Of a DNA stretch of 64,000 bases, positions 30,269 to 40,554 are shown piece after piece. Numbering within the stretch: position 1 is the stretch's first letter; each line of letters starts with the position of its first letter. The DNA comes from an uncultured Christensenella sp. (lineage in GTDB: Bacteria > Bacillota > Clostridia > Christensenellales > UBA3700), in NCBI GenBank assembly GCA_910584975.1, contig CAJUEA010000001.1:205651-269650 (forward strand). Direction: 5' to 3'. The position numbers and the translations under genes were made by a program. The notes under the pieces were generated by a model. It ran no database searches, was not told the origin of the DNA, and worked only from the letters and a program-made list of their open reading frames with translations.

Positions 30269-30853
30269 ATGAGAGTTGACAGCAGACCAATTAAAACAAA
30301 AAAGAGTATTAAACAGGCACTTTTGGTATTGCTTAAGGAGAAAGATATCTCTAGTATTACCATAAGTGAACTTGCAAATTGTGCAAATGTAAGCAGAAAA
30401 ACATTTTATTTGCATTACAAGGATATTTCTCAAATTTTGGAGGATATCAAAACTGATTTGCAAAATTTGTTTGATGACAGCGTAATGAAGGATAAACGAG
30501 TTGGATTTCGTGTGCGCACTTTAAATTTTATCAACAATATTGTGCAAAGGGTTAATGAAGAGGAAGATTATTATGCATTAATGGCAAGTTCAGATTATGC
30601 AAAAATTATCTTTAACCCTATTGAGGACAGATTGAAGGAAGAATTTTTGTACGCATTGGATACAGAAACTAATCTTAAACAAGATGTAAAAGAATGTCTT
30701 ATTGACTTTATGATTGGTGGTATTGTAAACAGCGTGTTAAAATGGGCGAACAATCCTGATGGAATTTCTCCTGCAGAACAATCAAGAATTTTGTTTGAAA
30801 TTATCAACAACAATGTTGCGTGCTATTTAAACAGCAACTTTAATGGATATTGA
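30269..30853 (+). CDS. TetR/AcrR family transcriptional regulator
   Basis: N-terminal HTH (ITISELANCANVSRKTFYLHY). Confidence 0.8.
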   Translation: MRVDSRPIKTKKSIKQALLVLLKEKDISSITISELANCANVSRKTFYLHYKDISQILEDIKTDLQNLFDDSVMKDKRVGFRVRTLNFINNIVQRVNEEEDYYALMASSDYAKIIFNPIEDRLKEEFLYALDTETNLKQDVKECLIDFMIGGIVNSVLKWANNPDGISPAEQSRILFEIINNNVACYLNSNFNGY

Positions 30854-31152
30854 TAAAATATTTTGTTTTTGAAAAATTTTCTTAAACAATAATTTGCTTT
30901 TACGATATTTTGATTAATTTTTGCTTGCGAGATTGACAATTGCAAAATATTGTTTGAAATTTATATTTTAAGTTAAAATGCAAAATTGTAGTATTTTGAT
31001 AAAATTATTGCTTTATTGTGGCAATAGTTTTATTTTAAGATTTTTTTGAATACATTTTATTATCTAAAGTTGCAGCTAAAGTGTGGTGTAGACCTATTTT
31101 TTGCAGCAACGGAAGTAAATTCAAATTAAAAACAGCTTGGTTGGAGGGATAT

Positions 31153-31752
31153 ATGAAAGTTTTGATGATTAATGGCAGTCCACACAAAAATGGTTCCACA
31201 TACACTGCGCTTACCATTGTTGGTGAGGAGCTTAAAAAATATGGCGTTGACTACGAAATTATGTGGGTTGGTGCAAAGCCTGTAAGTGGGTGCCTAGCGT
31301 GCAACACTTGCAAACAAACTGGCAAATGTGTGTTTGACGACATTGTCAATAAATTTATGGAAAAAGGAAAGGATTGTGATGGTTTTGTTTTTGGTTCGCC
31401 TGTTTATTATGCAAGTGCATCAGGACAAATTACAAGCTTTTTGGACAGATTGTTTATGGCTTACAGACAATCAATGAAATACAAGCCTGCTTTCAGCGTA
31501 GTTTGCCAAAGGCGTAGTGGTGCCACAAACACTTATGATCAAATTAACAAATACATTGGTATCAGCAATATGATTCAAGTTCCATCAAAGTATTGGAATA
31601 TGATGATTGGAAGAAATCCTGAAGAAGTTTTGAAGGATGAGGAAGGCATACAGATTATGCAAAATCTTGCAAAAAATATGGCTTGGCTTATCAAAGTGCT
31701 TAAACTTGCAGATAATAATGGTATTGGCACGCCAGACGACCTTTTTTGTTGA
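31153..31752 (+). CDS. NADPH-dependent FMN reductase / iron-sulfur flavoprotein family
   Basis: MKVLMINGSPHKNGSTY flavodoxin-like N-terminus. CLACNTCKQTGKC cysteine cluster. GGAGGG RBS. Confidence 0.75.
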   Translation: MKVLMINGSPHKNGSTYTALTIVGEELKKYGVDYEIMWVGAKPVSGCLACNTCKQTGKCVFDDIVNKFMEKGKDCDGFVFGSPVYYASASGQITSFLDRLFMAYRQSMKYKPAFSVVCQRRSGATNTYDQINKYIGISNMIQVPSKYWNMMIGRNPEEVLKDEEGIQIMQNLAKNMAWLIKVLKLADNNGIGTPDDLFC

Positions 31753-31777
31753 CTTATCAAAGTCGCTATGCTAAAAT
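31749..31777 (+). promoter_or_regulatory. sigma-A-type promoter of nadABC
   Basis: TTGACT, 17 nt, TAAAAT. The spacer tatcaaagtcgctatgc is a degenerate copy of the recurrent motif. Confidence 0.55.
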
Positions 31778-31806
31778 GTATACAATAAATTTATGGAGAT
31801 AAACTG

Positions 31807-32712
31807 ATGGAAGAAATTTTTGAAAGAGTAGCACAGCTGAAGGCAGAAAAAAATGCCGTTATTCTTGCACATTATTATGTGAATGGGGATGTTCAGCAAG
31901 TTGCAGATTATATTGGCGATTCATACTATCTTAGCAAGGTGGCAACAACTCTTTCTGAAAAAGTAATTGTGTTTGCAGGTGTAAATTTTATGGCAGATAG
32001 TGCAAAGGTGCTTAACCCTGACAAAAAGGTCATTTTGCCTGACAGCACAGCTGATTGCCCTATGGCTCATATGGTTACCACAGCACAAATCAAAAAGGTG
32101 AGAGAGCTTTATGAGGATGTTGCAATTGTTTGTTATATCAATTCCACATTGGAGCTTAAGGCAGAAAGTGATGTTTGCGTTACAAGTGCAAATGCTGTGA
32201 AAGTTGTTAAGGCATTGCCAAACAAAAACATATTTTTCATACCAGATAAAAATCTTGCTCATTTTGTGGCAGAACAAATACCAGAAAAACATTTTATTTA
32301 CAACGAGGGTTATTGCCCTGTGCACAACTATATGGCAGTGAAATATGTGGAAGAAATCAAGGAAAAATATCCTGATATAAAAATTCTTGCACATCCAGAA
32401 TGCCCAAGACAAGTGCTTGCTCAAGCTGATTACATTGGCAGCACATCAGGCATTATTGATTTTGCAAAAGCAAGCAAGGATACAAAATTTTTGATTTGCA
32501 CTGAAAATGGTGTGGGACATAAATTGCAACTGGACAACCCTGACAAAATGTTTATTTTTAATGATTTAAGTATTTGTCAAGATATGAAAAAAATTACTTT
32601 GCAAAGCGTGATTAAATCTTTGGAGAGCCTTGCTCCTGAAGTTGAAATTGATTTGGAACTTAGCAAAAAAGCGCTTAAGCCATTGGAAAAAATGTTGGAA
32701 CTTGCAAAATAA
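31807..32712 (+). CDS. nadA: quinolinate synthase
   Basis: 301 aa. ILAHYY N-terminal motif and conserved Cys ligands. Confidence 0.92.
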   Translation: MEEIFERVAQLKAEKNAVILAHYYVNGDVQQVADYIGDSYYLSKVATTLSEKVIVFAGVNFMADSAKVLNPDKKVILPDSTADCPMAHMVTTAQIKKVRELYEDVAIVCYINSTLELKAESDVCVTSANAVKVVKALPNKNIFFIPDKNLAHFVAEQIPEKHFIYNEGYCPVHNYMAVKYVEEIKEKYPDIKILAHPECPRQVLAQADYIGSTSGIIDFAKASKDTKFLICTENGVGHKLQLDNPDKMFIFNDLSICQDMKKITLQSVIKSLESLAPEVEIDLELSKKALKPLEKMLELAK

Positions 32713-32759
32713 TTTTGGATAAATGTTAGCAAAAAAAACAAAAATTTTGCAAACAAACA

Positions 32760-32776
32760 ATCAAAAATCGATACTA
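32760..32776 (+). repeat. recurrent 17-nt motif copy (atcaaaaatcgatacta)
   Basis: nadA-nadB intercistronic region. Confidence 0.7.
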
Positions 32777-32820
32777 TTTTAAACAAAACAACAGATTACT
32801 TAAAGATGAAGGATAACTGT

Positions 32821-34134
32821 ATGGATAATTTTTATGATGTCATTGTGGTGGGGACAGGTGTTGCAGGATTGTATACTTGCATTAAACTTTCAAAGGACAA
32901 AAAAGTGTTGCTACTTACAAAAGACGAAGTGCTGAATTGTGATTCTTATTTGGCACAAGGCGGCATTTGCACTTTGCTTGACGAGGCAGACTATAAGCCA
33001 TATTTTGAAGACACAATGCGTGCAGGCAGATACGAAAATGATATGATTGCCGTGGATGATATGATAAGGCAGTCAAAGGAAATTATCAGCGATTTAATTG
33101 GTAAAGGTGTGGACTTTGACAAAAACGCTGATGGCAGTTTGAACTATACTAGAGAGGGCGGACATTCCACTTTTCGAATTTTGCACCATCAAGATGTTAC
33201 AGGCAAGGAAATTACCTCTAAACTTTATGACAGAGTCAAGGAACTTGAAAATGTTACAATCAAAGAATTTGCACTTGTGATGGATATTATCAAACAGGAT
33301 AAAATTTGTTGTGGCGTAATTGTAAAAGAAAATCAAAAGGATCCAAAGCCAGTTTACGCGAGAGATGTTGTTTTTGCAACTGGTGGTTTGGGAGGTTTGT
33401 TTTTAAACTCTACAAACTTTGGGCATATTACGGGAGATTCCTTTGCAATTGCAATCAGAAATGGTGTGGAATTGAAAAACATAAATTACATTCAAATTCA
33501 TCCTACTGTGCTTTTTTCAAAAGCAAAAGGTAGAAGATTTTTGATATCTGAGTCTGTAAGAGGCGAGGGTGCAAAGTTGCTTAACAAAAATGGCGAAAGA
33601 TTTGTGAATGAATTGTTGCCAAGAGACATTGTTGCAGGAGCTATTTTGCAACAAATGAAAAAAGATAACACAGAGCATGTTTGGTTGGATTTCAGCGATA
33701 TTTCAAAAGATGAAATTTTGCATCATTTCCCTAATATATACAATAAATGCTTGGAAGAAGGCTTTGATGTCACAAAACAGCCAATTCCCGTTGTGCCAGC
33801 ACAGCATTATTTGATGGGTGGAATTCGTGCTGATATTTGTGGGGTAACATCACTTAAGCATTTGTATGCTGTTGGAGAAACTGCAAACAATGGAGTGCAT
33901 GGCGCAAACAGATTGGCTAGCAACTCGCTGCTTGAAAGTTTGACTTTTGCAAAAAATTGTGCAAGAGTGATAAATTACGATAGCTGGTCGGTAGATATAA
34001 AGCAAGTTGACATTGACCTTGCAAAATATGCTGATGTTGAAAAATGGCAATCTGAAAACAAAAAATTGGTGCTTGAAGAAATAAAAAAGAATGATGAGGT
34101 GTTTTATGATAAATGGTGTAACATTAAAGGCTAA
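32821..34134 (+). CDS. nadB: L-aspartate oxidase
   Basis: Start at ATG 32821 after GAAGGA. DVIVVGTGVAGL FAD motif. Confidence 0.9.
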   Translation: MDNFYDVIVVGTGVAGLYTCIKLSKDKKVLLLTKDEVLNCDSYLAQGGICTLLDEADYKPYFEDTMRAGRYENDMIAVDDMIRQSKEIISDLIGKGVDFDKNADGSLNYTREGGHSTFRILHHQDVTGKEITSKLYDRVKELENVTIKEFALVMDIIKQDKICCGVIVKENQKDPKPVYARDVVFATGGLGGLFLNSTNFGHITGDSFAIAIRNGVELKNINYIQIHPTVLFSKAKGRRFLISESVRGEGAKLLNKNGERFVNELLPRDIVAGAILQQMKKDNTEHVWLDFSDISKDEILHHFPNIYNKCLEEGFDVTKQPIPVVPAQHYLMGGIRADICGVTSLKHLYAVGETANNGVHGANRLASNSLLESLTFAKNCARVINYDSWSVDIKQVDIDLAKYADVEKWQSENKKLVLEEIKKNDEVFYDKWCNIKG

Positions 34135-34963
34135 TGTGGATAAATATATTTTGTCTGCTTTGCAAGAGGACATAACTTCTGAGGATGTAACAACCAATGC
34201 AATTATGCCTTATGATATGATGGGCGAGGTGCAATTGATTGCAAAACAAGATGGCATTTTGTGTGGTATTGATGTTTTCAAAAGATGTTTTACCATTGTG
34301 GATGAAGATGTTAAGTTTGACATCAAAAAAATTGATGGACAAACTATCACAAAAGGCGAATTGTTGGGAACAATAACTGGTAATATCAGCGTTTTGTTGT
34401 CTTCTGAAAGAATTGCACTAAACTACTTGCAAAGAATGAGTGGCATTGCAACTTTTACAAATGCGTGCGTAAAACAGTTGGAAGGATACAAAACAAAATT
34501 GCTTGACACAAGAAAAACTACACCAAATATGAGATTTTTTGAAAAGTACGCTGTAAAAATTGGTGGAGCATACAATCACAGATACAATCTTACTGATGGA
34601 GTGCTTATAAAAGACAATCACATTGGTGCTGCAGGAAGTGTGGCAAAAGCTATTGCAATGGCAAAAGAATATGCACCTTTTGTAAGAAAAATTGAGGTTG
34701 AAACGGAAAATCTTGATATGGTAAAACAGGCTGTTGAGGCAGGTGCCGATATCATTATGCTAGACAATATGGATAATTCGACAATGAAAAAAGCAGTTGA
34801 AATCATTGCTGGCAGAGCGGAAACAGAGTGCTCAGGCAATGTAACAAAAGAAAGACTAAAAGAAATTGCTGAAATTGGTGTGGATTATGTTTCAAGTGGT
34901 GCTTTGACTTATGGTGCACCATTGCTTGATTTATCTTTGAAAAATTTGCACGCAATCAATTAA
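34106..34963 (+). CDS. nadC: nicotinate-nucleotide diphosphorylase (carboxylating)
   Basis: Start at ATG 34106 after TGAGGTG, overlapping the nadB 3' end. QRPTase-like body. Confidence 0.88.
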   Translation: MINGVTLKANVDKYILSALQEDITSEDVTTNAIMPYDMMGEVQLIAKQDGILCGIDVFKRCFTIVDEDVKFDIKKIDGQTITKGELLGTITGNISVLLSSERIALNYLQRMSGIATFTNACVKQLEGYKTKLLDTRKTTPNMRFFEKYAVKIGGAYNHRYNLTDGVLIKDNHIGAAGSVAKAIAMAKEYAPFVRKIEVETENLDMVKQAVEAGADIIMLDNMDNSTMKKAVEIIAGRAETECSGNVTKERLKEIAEIGVDYVSSGALTYGAPLLDLSLKNLHAIN

Positions 34964-35344
34964 TTTTAAATTGTAAAATTGTAACAAATTAAAAGTTTAA
35001 TACATATAATAAAATAACAAGCTAGGTGATATTATAGAGTTTATACTCGTGTGTAATAGCACTTAGCTTTTTATATATTTAATTATAAAAAATCACCAAA
35101 ATGTATTATTTTATCTTTATTTTGTCTTTTTGTAAATATTAGGTGTTTTAAAAAGTTATTTTTTCTAAATTGCTATTTGAATTATTTCAAATCTAATAAT
35201 TATTCAATACTTGATTAATATCTATTAGATGAATAAGTAAATATTGATTTTGATATATCAAACAAAATGTATGAGGTTTGCCTAGCGTTTGAGACAAATA
35301 ATAATGAATTATTTTGAAATTTTTTTGGAACAATTACATTTTCG

Positions 35345-35377
35345 GATTAAAGAAAGAGCTGATTGGTACAGCTCTTT
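35345..35377 (-). terminator. intrinsic terminator
   Basis: Stem aaagagctg/cagctcttt directly after the stop of the 35378 gene. Confidence 0.65.
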
Positions 35378-36070
35378 TTAATCGTGTTTGATGTTTTGCA
35401 CAATAACTCCGTGATTTGCTCCAAGCTTGCAAACAACAATAAAAGTGTCTGCAATGCCAGCGTTGTTTGTGCTGATTGTGTAAATTTGCTTTGGTATAAG
35501 ATTGTTTTGTGAAAGAGCAGTGATAACTTCAGCCATTCTTTCTGCCTTGTGAACAAGATAAAAAAGACCACCAAACTTAAGGATTTTGCAAGTGCTTTGA
35601 ATAAGTTGTTCCAAAGTCAGCTTTATTTCGTGGCGTGCAATTGCTATGCTTTCGCAAAGTCTTGTTTCTCCACTGCCTGTTTTGTAATAAGGAGGATTGC
35701 AAACGACTATGTCTGCATATCCACTTGGGATAAAGTCAGAAATATTTTTGACATCTGCATTCAAAATTTCAACTCTGTCCTCAAGTTTATTCATAGCGAC
35801 AGATCTTGTTGCCATATCTGCCATATCCTCTTGAATTTCCACTCCGATGACTTTTTGGCAAGATGTTTTGAGTGCAATTAAAATGCTTATTATTCCACCA
35901 CCTGCACACAAATCGACAACCTTACTTTTGCTGTTTGCACGCACCATATTTGCAAGCATAACAGAGTCAGATGTAAAGCAATATTTATCTTTGTGGCTTA
36001 TGATAAATCGTCCGTCCAAACACAAGTCGTTCAATCTTTCGCCGTCAAGTAAAAAGTCATTGTTTTGCAT
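35378..36070 (-). CDS. class I SAM-dependent methyltransferase (YabB/tRNA m6A37-like)
   Basis: VVDLCAGGGI SAM motif and NPPY catalytic motif. Same position as B. subtilis yabB after yaaT. Confidence 0.8.
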   Translation of the reverse strand: MQNNDFLLDGERLNDLCLDGRFIISHKDKYCFTSDSVMLANMVRANSKSKVVDLCAGGGIISILIALKTSCQKVIGVEIQEDMADMATRSVAMNKLEDRVEILNADVKNISDFIPSGYADIVVCNPPYYKTGSGETRLCESIAIARHEIKLTLEQLIQSTCKILKFGGLFYLVHKAERMAEVITALSQNNLIPKQIYTISTNNAGIADTFIVVCKLGANHGVIVQNIKHD

Positions 36071-36072
36071 AC

Positions 36073-36939
36073 TTATTCCTCAAGTTCGCCATCCAAATCA
36101 GAGTCGTTGTCAACATCGTCATTATAGTGAGTTGCAGATTTTATATCTGACAATTTGTATTCGCCAAAAACAGTTGCACCTTCTTCATTTTGAAATTTTG
36201 CTTTAATTGTTTTGTGCAAAATATCAATGCTATCCACAACAGCCTCACCATCATTTGTCAAAATTGTTGAGCCAACTTTTGGCATTTCACGCAATGTTTC
36301 TGCGTAGTAGTCGTTTTCATATTTAAGGCAACACATAAGTTTGCCACAAACACCACTTATTTTTTGTGGATTAAGCGATAATCCTTGATTTTTTGCCATT
36401 TTGATTGTAACTTTCTCAAAGTCAGCCAAATGTGAGTGGCAACAGCAAACTCTTCCACAAGGTGCAAGTGCGCCCCTCAGTTTAATGTCGTCACGCTCGT
36501 AAATTTGTCTTAGTTCAATTCTTGATTTAAGCACAACGGCAAGGTCTTTAACAAGTTCTCTGAAATCAACTCTGCCTTCAGATGTGAAAGAAAAAATTGC
36601 TTTGCTTTTGTCAAAGGTATATTCGGCATCAACCAGTTTCATTGGGAGGTTGTGTTTTTGAATTTTTTCCAAGCACACATCATATGCCCATCTTTTCTTT
36701 TCCATATTTTCAGCATTTTGCTTTATGTCTTTTTCAGTTGCTTTTCTGATAACATCTTTCAAAGGTTTAACAATTTCGCCATCATCCACAAAATGATTGG
36801 ATGTGGTTACAGTGCCAAACTCAATACCACGAGCAGTTTCAACGATAACTCCGTCGCCAACCTCAAAAGCTATATCCTTTGGATTGAAAAAGTAAGATTT
36901 TTTATTTGAATGGAATTTTACTCCTATAACTTGTTGCAT
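36073..36939 (-). CDS. ricT: PSP1-domain protein RicT (YaaT)
   Basis: PSP1 domain with a cysteine-rich CCCH...CGKLMCCLKYE segment. Follows holB. Confidence 0.85.
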   Translation of the reverse strand: MQQVIGVKFHSNKKSYFFNPKDIAFEVGDGVIVETARGIEFGTVTTSNHFVDDGEIVKPLKDVIRKATEKDIKQNAENMEKKRWAYDVCLEKIQKHNLPMKLVDAEYTFDKSKAIFSFTSEGRVDFRELVKDLAVVLKSRIELRQIYERDDIKLRGALAPCGRVCCCHSHLADFEKVTIKMAKNQGLSLNPQKISGVCGKLMCCLKYENDYYAETLREMPKVGSTILTNDGEAVVDSIDILHKTIKAKFQNEEGATVFGEYKLSDIKSATHYNDDVDNDSDLDGELEE

Positions 36940-37126
36940 ATTTTCTCCTTTATTTTAAAGATAAAAATTTTATCTTTGTTTTAAATTGTCTGTTGTCTTG
37001 TATTGCAAAACATAAGGTTATTTATTCTAATAATTTGTACTTTTATATATTTGTTATCTGCACTTGATAGGGCAGTCATAATAATCAATTGTAATATATA
37101 ATTAAGAATCAAATGATAATCATAAA

Positions 37127-38074
37127 TTAGTTTGCTGTCAGATATTTGATTTCTGCAATTTTCAGCAAAAAGTTTGTTGCCACTGCTTGAGGATTGCAAT
37201 TGCTGTTAAGCCTTTTTGCCGTATCCACAATAAGGTCGGTCAAATTTGCAAGTGTAGCAATGTTGTAGGTTATGGCAAGTGGATTAGGTATATTATTGAT
37301 TATATCCTCAATGGTGCCGGATATAATTCCTTCAAGCACAGAAAGTGAATAAAGCATTTCATCTTTGTCGGTGCCTAGGTGATTTACGAACCCTGCAATC
37401 AATGATGTAGAGGTGTAATCTGTCAGCAAGTTTATCATTTTGTTGTAGTATTCTTTAAATTTTTCGTCTGCAATCAAAGATTTTGCAAGTGTTAAATTAC
37501 CTTTGCTAAATTTGACTGCAAGTTCAATATTTTGTGAATTAGTATCGATTTTCGAAAGTTCTTTTGCAATATTTTGATTGTTCCAAATGTTAAGATAAAG
37601 CTTTTTAACACGAGATTTTATTGTTTGCAGCATATTGGCTTCGCTTTGCACTGCCAAAATGATTATCACGCCTTCCGTTGGCTCTTCCAATGTTTTAAGC
37701 AGTTTGTTTTGACTTGCCTCATTCATACTTTCGGCATTGCATATAACATAAATTTTATAGTTTTTTTCAATTGCAGAAATTGCTGTATCATTGATAAGCT
37801 CTTTTATGTCGTCAACTTTAATGCTTGTGTCTTTTTTCAAAAAGTAAACATTTGGGTTGTTGTGGTGCTCAAGTCTTAGGCACTCGTCACATTCTCCACA
37901 CGCCTCGTGCTTTTTGCAATATATAGTTTGCAGCATAACAGCAACAAAATTATCCAAAGTTTCCTTGTCTTCGGATATTAACATATAGCTGTGAGCAATT
38001 CTGTTTTGTTTTGCGTCTTGCTCAACAATTTTGTAAGCTTTTGATTCTTTTATAACATCGCTGTATTCTATCAC
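37127..38074 (-). CDS. holB: DNA polymerase III subunit delta'
   Basis: AHSYML motif, CGECDEC zinc module and AAA-like body. ATGA overlap with tmk. Confidence 0.85.
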   Translation of the reverse strand: MIEYSDVIKESKAYKIVEQDAKQNRIAHSYMLISEDKETLDNFVAVMLQTIYCKKHEACGECDECLRLEHHNNPNVYFLKKDTSIKVDDIKELINDTAISAIEKNYKIYVICNAESMNEASQNKLLKTLEEPTEGVIIILAVQSEANMLQTIKSRVKKLYLNIWNNQNIAKELSKIDTNSQNIELAVKFSKGNLTLAKSLIADEKFKEYYNKMINLLTDYTSTSLIAGFVNHLGTDKDEMLYSLSVLEGIISGTIEDIINNIPNPLAITYNIATLANLTDLIVDTAKRLNSNCNPQAVATNFLLKIAEIKYLTAN

Positions 38075-38700
38075 TTGATTATTCCTCTTGCTTGCAAATT
38101 GCGAATTATTGCAGTGTGAGTTTCAAACTTGTTGCCTCTTGGTGAAATGCTTATTATGCGGTCAGGGTACATATCGATTGCTTTTTTGTAACCTTCGTAA
38201 ACTCTTTTATGAAATTCCAATGATTGCAATTCCATACGATCGCCTTCGTCACGACCACCTTTTCTTTTAAAAGCGTCCTCTGGAGGAAGGTCAAGAAAAA
38301 TTGTGATATCAGGCATATAATTTCCACAAACAATTTGATTTAAGGAATTGATAATGTCAACACCCAGATTTCTTGCAAAGCCTTGGTAAGCCATTGTGCT
38401 GTCAATAAAACGGTCGCAAATAACAAGTTCGCCACCCTCAATGGCAGGAATGATAACTTGTCCCATAAGTTGTGCACGGGCAGAAGAATAAAGCATTGCC
38501 TCGCAAAGTGGAGTCATTTCGTTGTTTTGTGGGTCAAGTATGATTTTTCTGATTTTTTCACTAAGCATATTGCCACCTGGCTCACGCAAAAACATTGCTT
38601 TCTGTTCAGTTTTTCTAAGGTAGTCTTTCAGCATATTAACTTGTGTTGATTTGCCAACGCCTTCGCAACCTTCAAAAGTGATAAATTTTCCTCTTGCCAT
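38071..38700 (-). CDS. tmk: dTMP kinase
   Basis: FITFEGCEGVGKST P-loop. Confidence 0.92.
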   Translation of the reverse strand: MARGKFITFEGCEGVGKSTQVNMLKDYLRKTEQKAMFLREPGGNMLSEKIRKIILDPQNNEMTPLCEAMLYSSARAQLMGQVIIPAIEGGELVICDRFIDSTMAYQGFARNLGVDIINSLNQIVCGNYMPDITIFLDLPPEDAFKRKGGRDEGDRMELQSLEFHKRVYEGYKKAIDMYPDRIISISPRGNKFETHTAIIRNLQARGIIK

Positions 38701-38861
38701 ATTTTATCCTCTATCGTAATAAATTATTTTATATTGTAGCGTTTACCAAATAGTTTTTAAAATTCTTATTTAACTAATCGATAATATTTGCTAATCGTCA
38801 ATAACAAAGATTAAACTTATTTGAAATTATGATATATCTTATAATGTTTAATTTTCATTTG

Positions 38862-40106
38862 TTAGCTTTTATAAACGGGTATTTTTCCATTGATTAGTCC
38901 AAAAATTTCGCATTTTGTGGTGAGTAAAAAATCAATTATTTCGCTATCCAAAATGTCCCCAGTCGTGATTATCGGAGTGCCAGGAGGATATATCCCTATA
39001 TTGCCAGCAGCAATTCTATCTACGCATTTATCTGCCTGCAAAAATTCAACTTTTTTGCATTTAGTATCGATTTTTGATAGTTTTTTTGTGTTTATTTTGA
39101 TAGCTTTTTCTTGCACATCAATGTTGTTTAAAACTTGTGCCAATGTGCTCAAATGCTTGCAGTTGTAAGGTGTTACTATTGCAACCAAAATATCATAATA
39201 GGTCATTTCCAAAAAGATATTTTGCTCTTCAAGCTTGTTTGCAATGCTTTTTCCGTCCAAGCCTTTTGCACAAATGCAGAGGCGTGTTTTGTCATGCGTT
39301 TCAACAACTTGATATTTGCCACAAAGTTGTTTTTTAAAATTTTCAATTTGTGCAATACAGTTGTTGTATAAAGTTTCGCCGTTTTGTGAAAAATTGCGAA
39401 TAGCATTGTCAATACTTGCCATAGTAAGATAGCTTGGACTTGAGGAGTGCAACACACTTCTAGAATAGTAAAGCAAATCAAAAATTGTTTGGTCATTACA
39501 TAATATTCCTGCCCCACCTGTCAGTACTGGTAAAGTTTTGTGAAAGGAAAGTATTGTGATGTCAGCATCCTTTGTGTCAAGCTGTGGTAGATTTTTGCAA
39601 AAAGCAAAATGTGAACCATGACTTGCATCTACAATTACAACAGCAGAGGTGTTCTGTAATTTGCAAATATCTTTGACTTTTCCAAAATAATCGGGTGTTG
39701 TGATTAAAACAGCATCAAAATCATTTGGATTAATATTGTCTAAATCGTTCGCATATGTAATATTAAAGTTAAATGCATTTGCATAGTTGTGCACAGATTT
39801 GTGGCAGTCGCCAATCAAAAGTAGCTTATTTCCAATATTTTTTGCCGTATGTAGGGCAATTGCAACACCCATGGTTGCACCATTTGTTAGCATCAAAGCA
39901 TATTTTGTGCCGTATGCTTTTGCAATGTTTTGCTCGCAATTTTTAATCACGCCATTGCTTTCAATCAAATTGTCGGAAAAAGATAGTTCAGTAATATCCA
40001 TTGCTGTGGTTATTTGAATATCTTCGCCATTATGAGCAGGCATATGAAAACGAATTGGTTCAGATTTTGCATAATTTAATGCACTTGAAAACAATTTGTT
40101 TTGCAT
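38862..40106 (-). CDS. Orn/Lys/Arg decarboxylase-family PLP enzyme (YaaO-like)
   Basis: FHMPAHNG N-terminus and SFHKTLPVLTGG PLP-lysine motif. Adjacent to tmk, as in B. subtilis. Confidence 0.78.
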   Translation of the reverse strand: MQNKLFSSALNYAKSEPIRFHMPAHNGEDIQITTAMDITELSFSDNLIESNGVIKNCEQNIAKAYGTKYALMLTNGATMGVAIALHTAKNIGNKLLLIGDCHKSVHNYANAFNFNITYANDLDNINPNDFDAVLITTPDYFGKVKDICKLQNTSAVVIVDASHGSHFAFCKNLPQLDTKDADITILSFHKTLPVLTGGAGILCNDQTIFDLLYYSRSVLHSSSPSYLTMASIDNAIRNFSQNGETLYNNCIAQIENFKKQLCGKYQVVETHDKTRLCICAKGLDGKSIANKLEEQNIFLEMTYYDILVAIVTPYNCKHLSTLAQVLNNIDVQEKAIKINTKKLSKIDTKCKKVEFLQADKCVDRIAAGNIGIYPPGTPIITTGDILDSEIIDFLLTTKCEIFGLINGKIPVYKS

Positions 40107-40156
40107 ATTATCCTCCGTGATAGTCTATTTTGTATTGAGTTGCAAGTTTTTTAGTG

Positions 40157-40329
40157 ACAGTTAAAATTCGCGTACAATCATTATAACAGCTAAAGCTCGT
40201 CGCAAAGCAGCCCGGAGGGATATTTTGCAGTGACGAATGCTATTTCAATGAGGAGCGAGCTTGGTAAACAAGCAAATGACGGCAGTCATTTAATTTTAAC
40301 GGCAGTTAAAATTCGCGTACAATCATTAT
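40157..40329. repeat. 28-nt perfect direct repeat pair flanking a 117-nt GC-richer structured insert
   Basis: cagttaaaattcgcgtacaatcattata at 40157-40184 and 40302-40329. The interior contains nested inverted repeats. Confidence 0.85.
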
Positions 40330-40433
40330 ACAATAAAATCTGCATAATTGCAACGCATTTTGTAAATTATATAAAATTCGACTGATTTTTTATATTTTAT
40401 AATAATTATAAAAGTTATATATGACTATAATCA

Positions 40434-40462
40434 TTGACAATAGCAATTTAAAATGTTAGAAT
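40434..40462 (+). promoter_or_regulatory. sigma-A-type promoter of rnj
   Basis: TTGACA, 17 nt, TGtTAGAAT. Confidence 0.6.
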
Positions 40463-40554
40463 GTAATTGGTATCTTTTGGATATTTGGTACTATTTGTAA
40501 ATTTTAGAACTACTTGCGATAAAAATTTATCGATTTATTATATTGGAGAGTGTA

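Noticed and set aside
36940-37126. 187-nt gap between holB and ricT with an AAAGATAAAA/TTTATCTTT palindrome, considered as a possible ncRNA
   Set aside because: It is a short AT-only palindrome with no further structure or conservation evidence. It is most likely a weak attenuator or plain spacer.
40157-40329. Possible CRISPR array (28-nt perfect repeats)
   Set aside because: There are only two repeat copies, the 117-nt interval is far longer than a spacer, and no cas genes are in the window.
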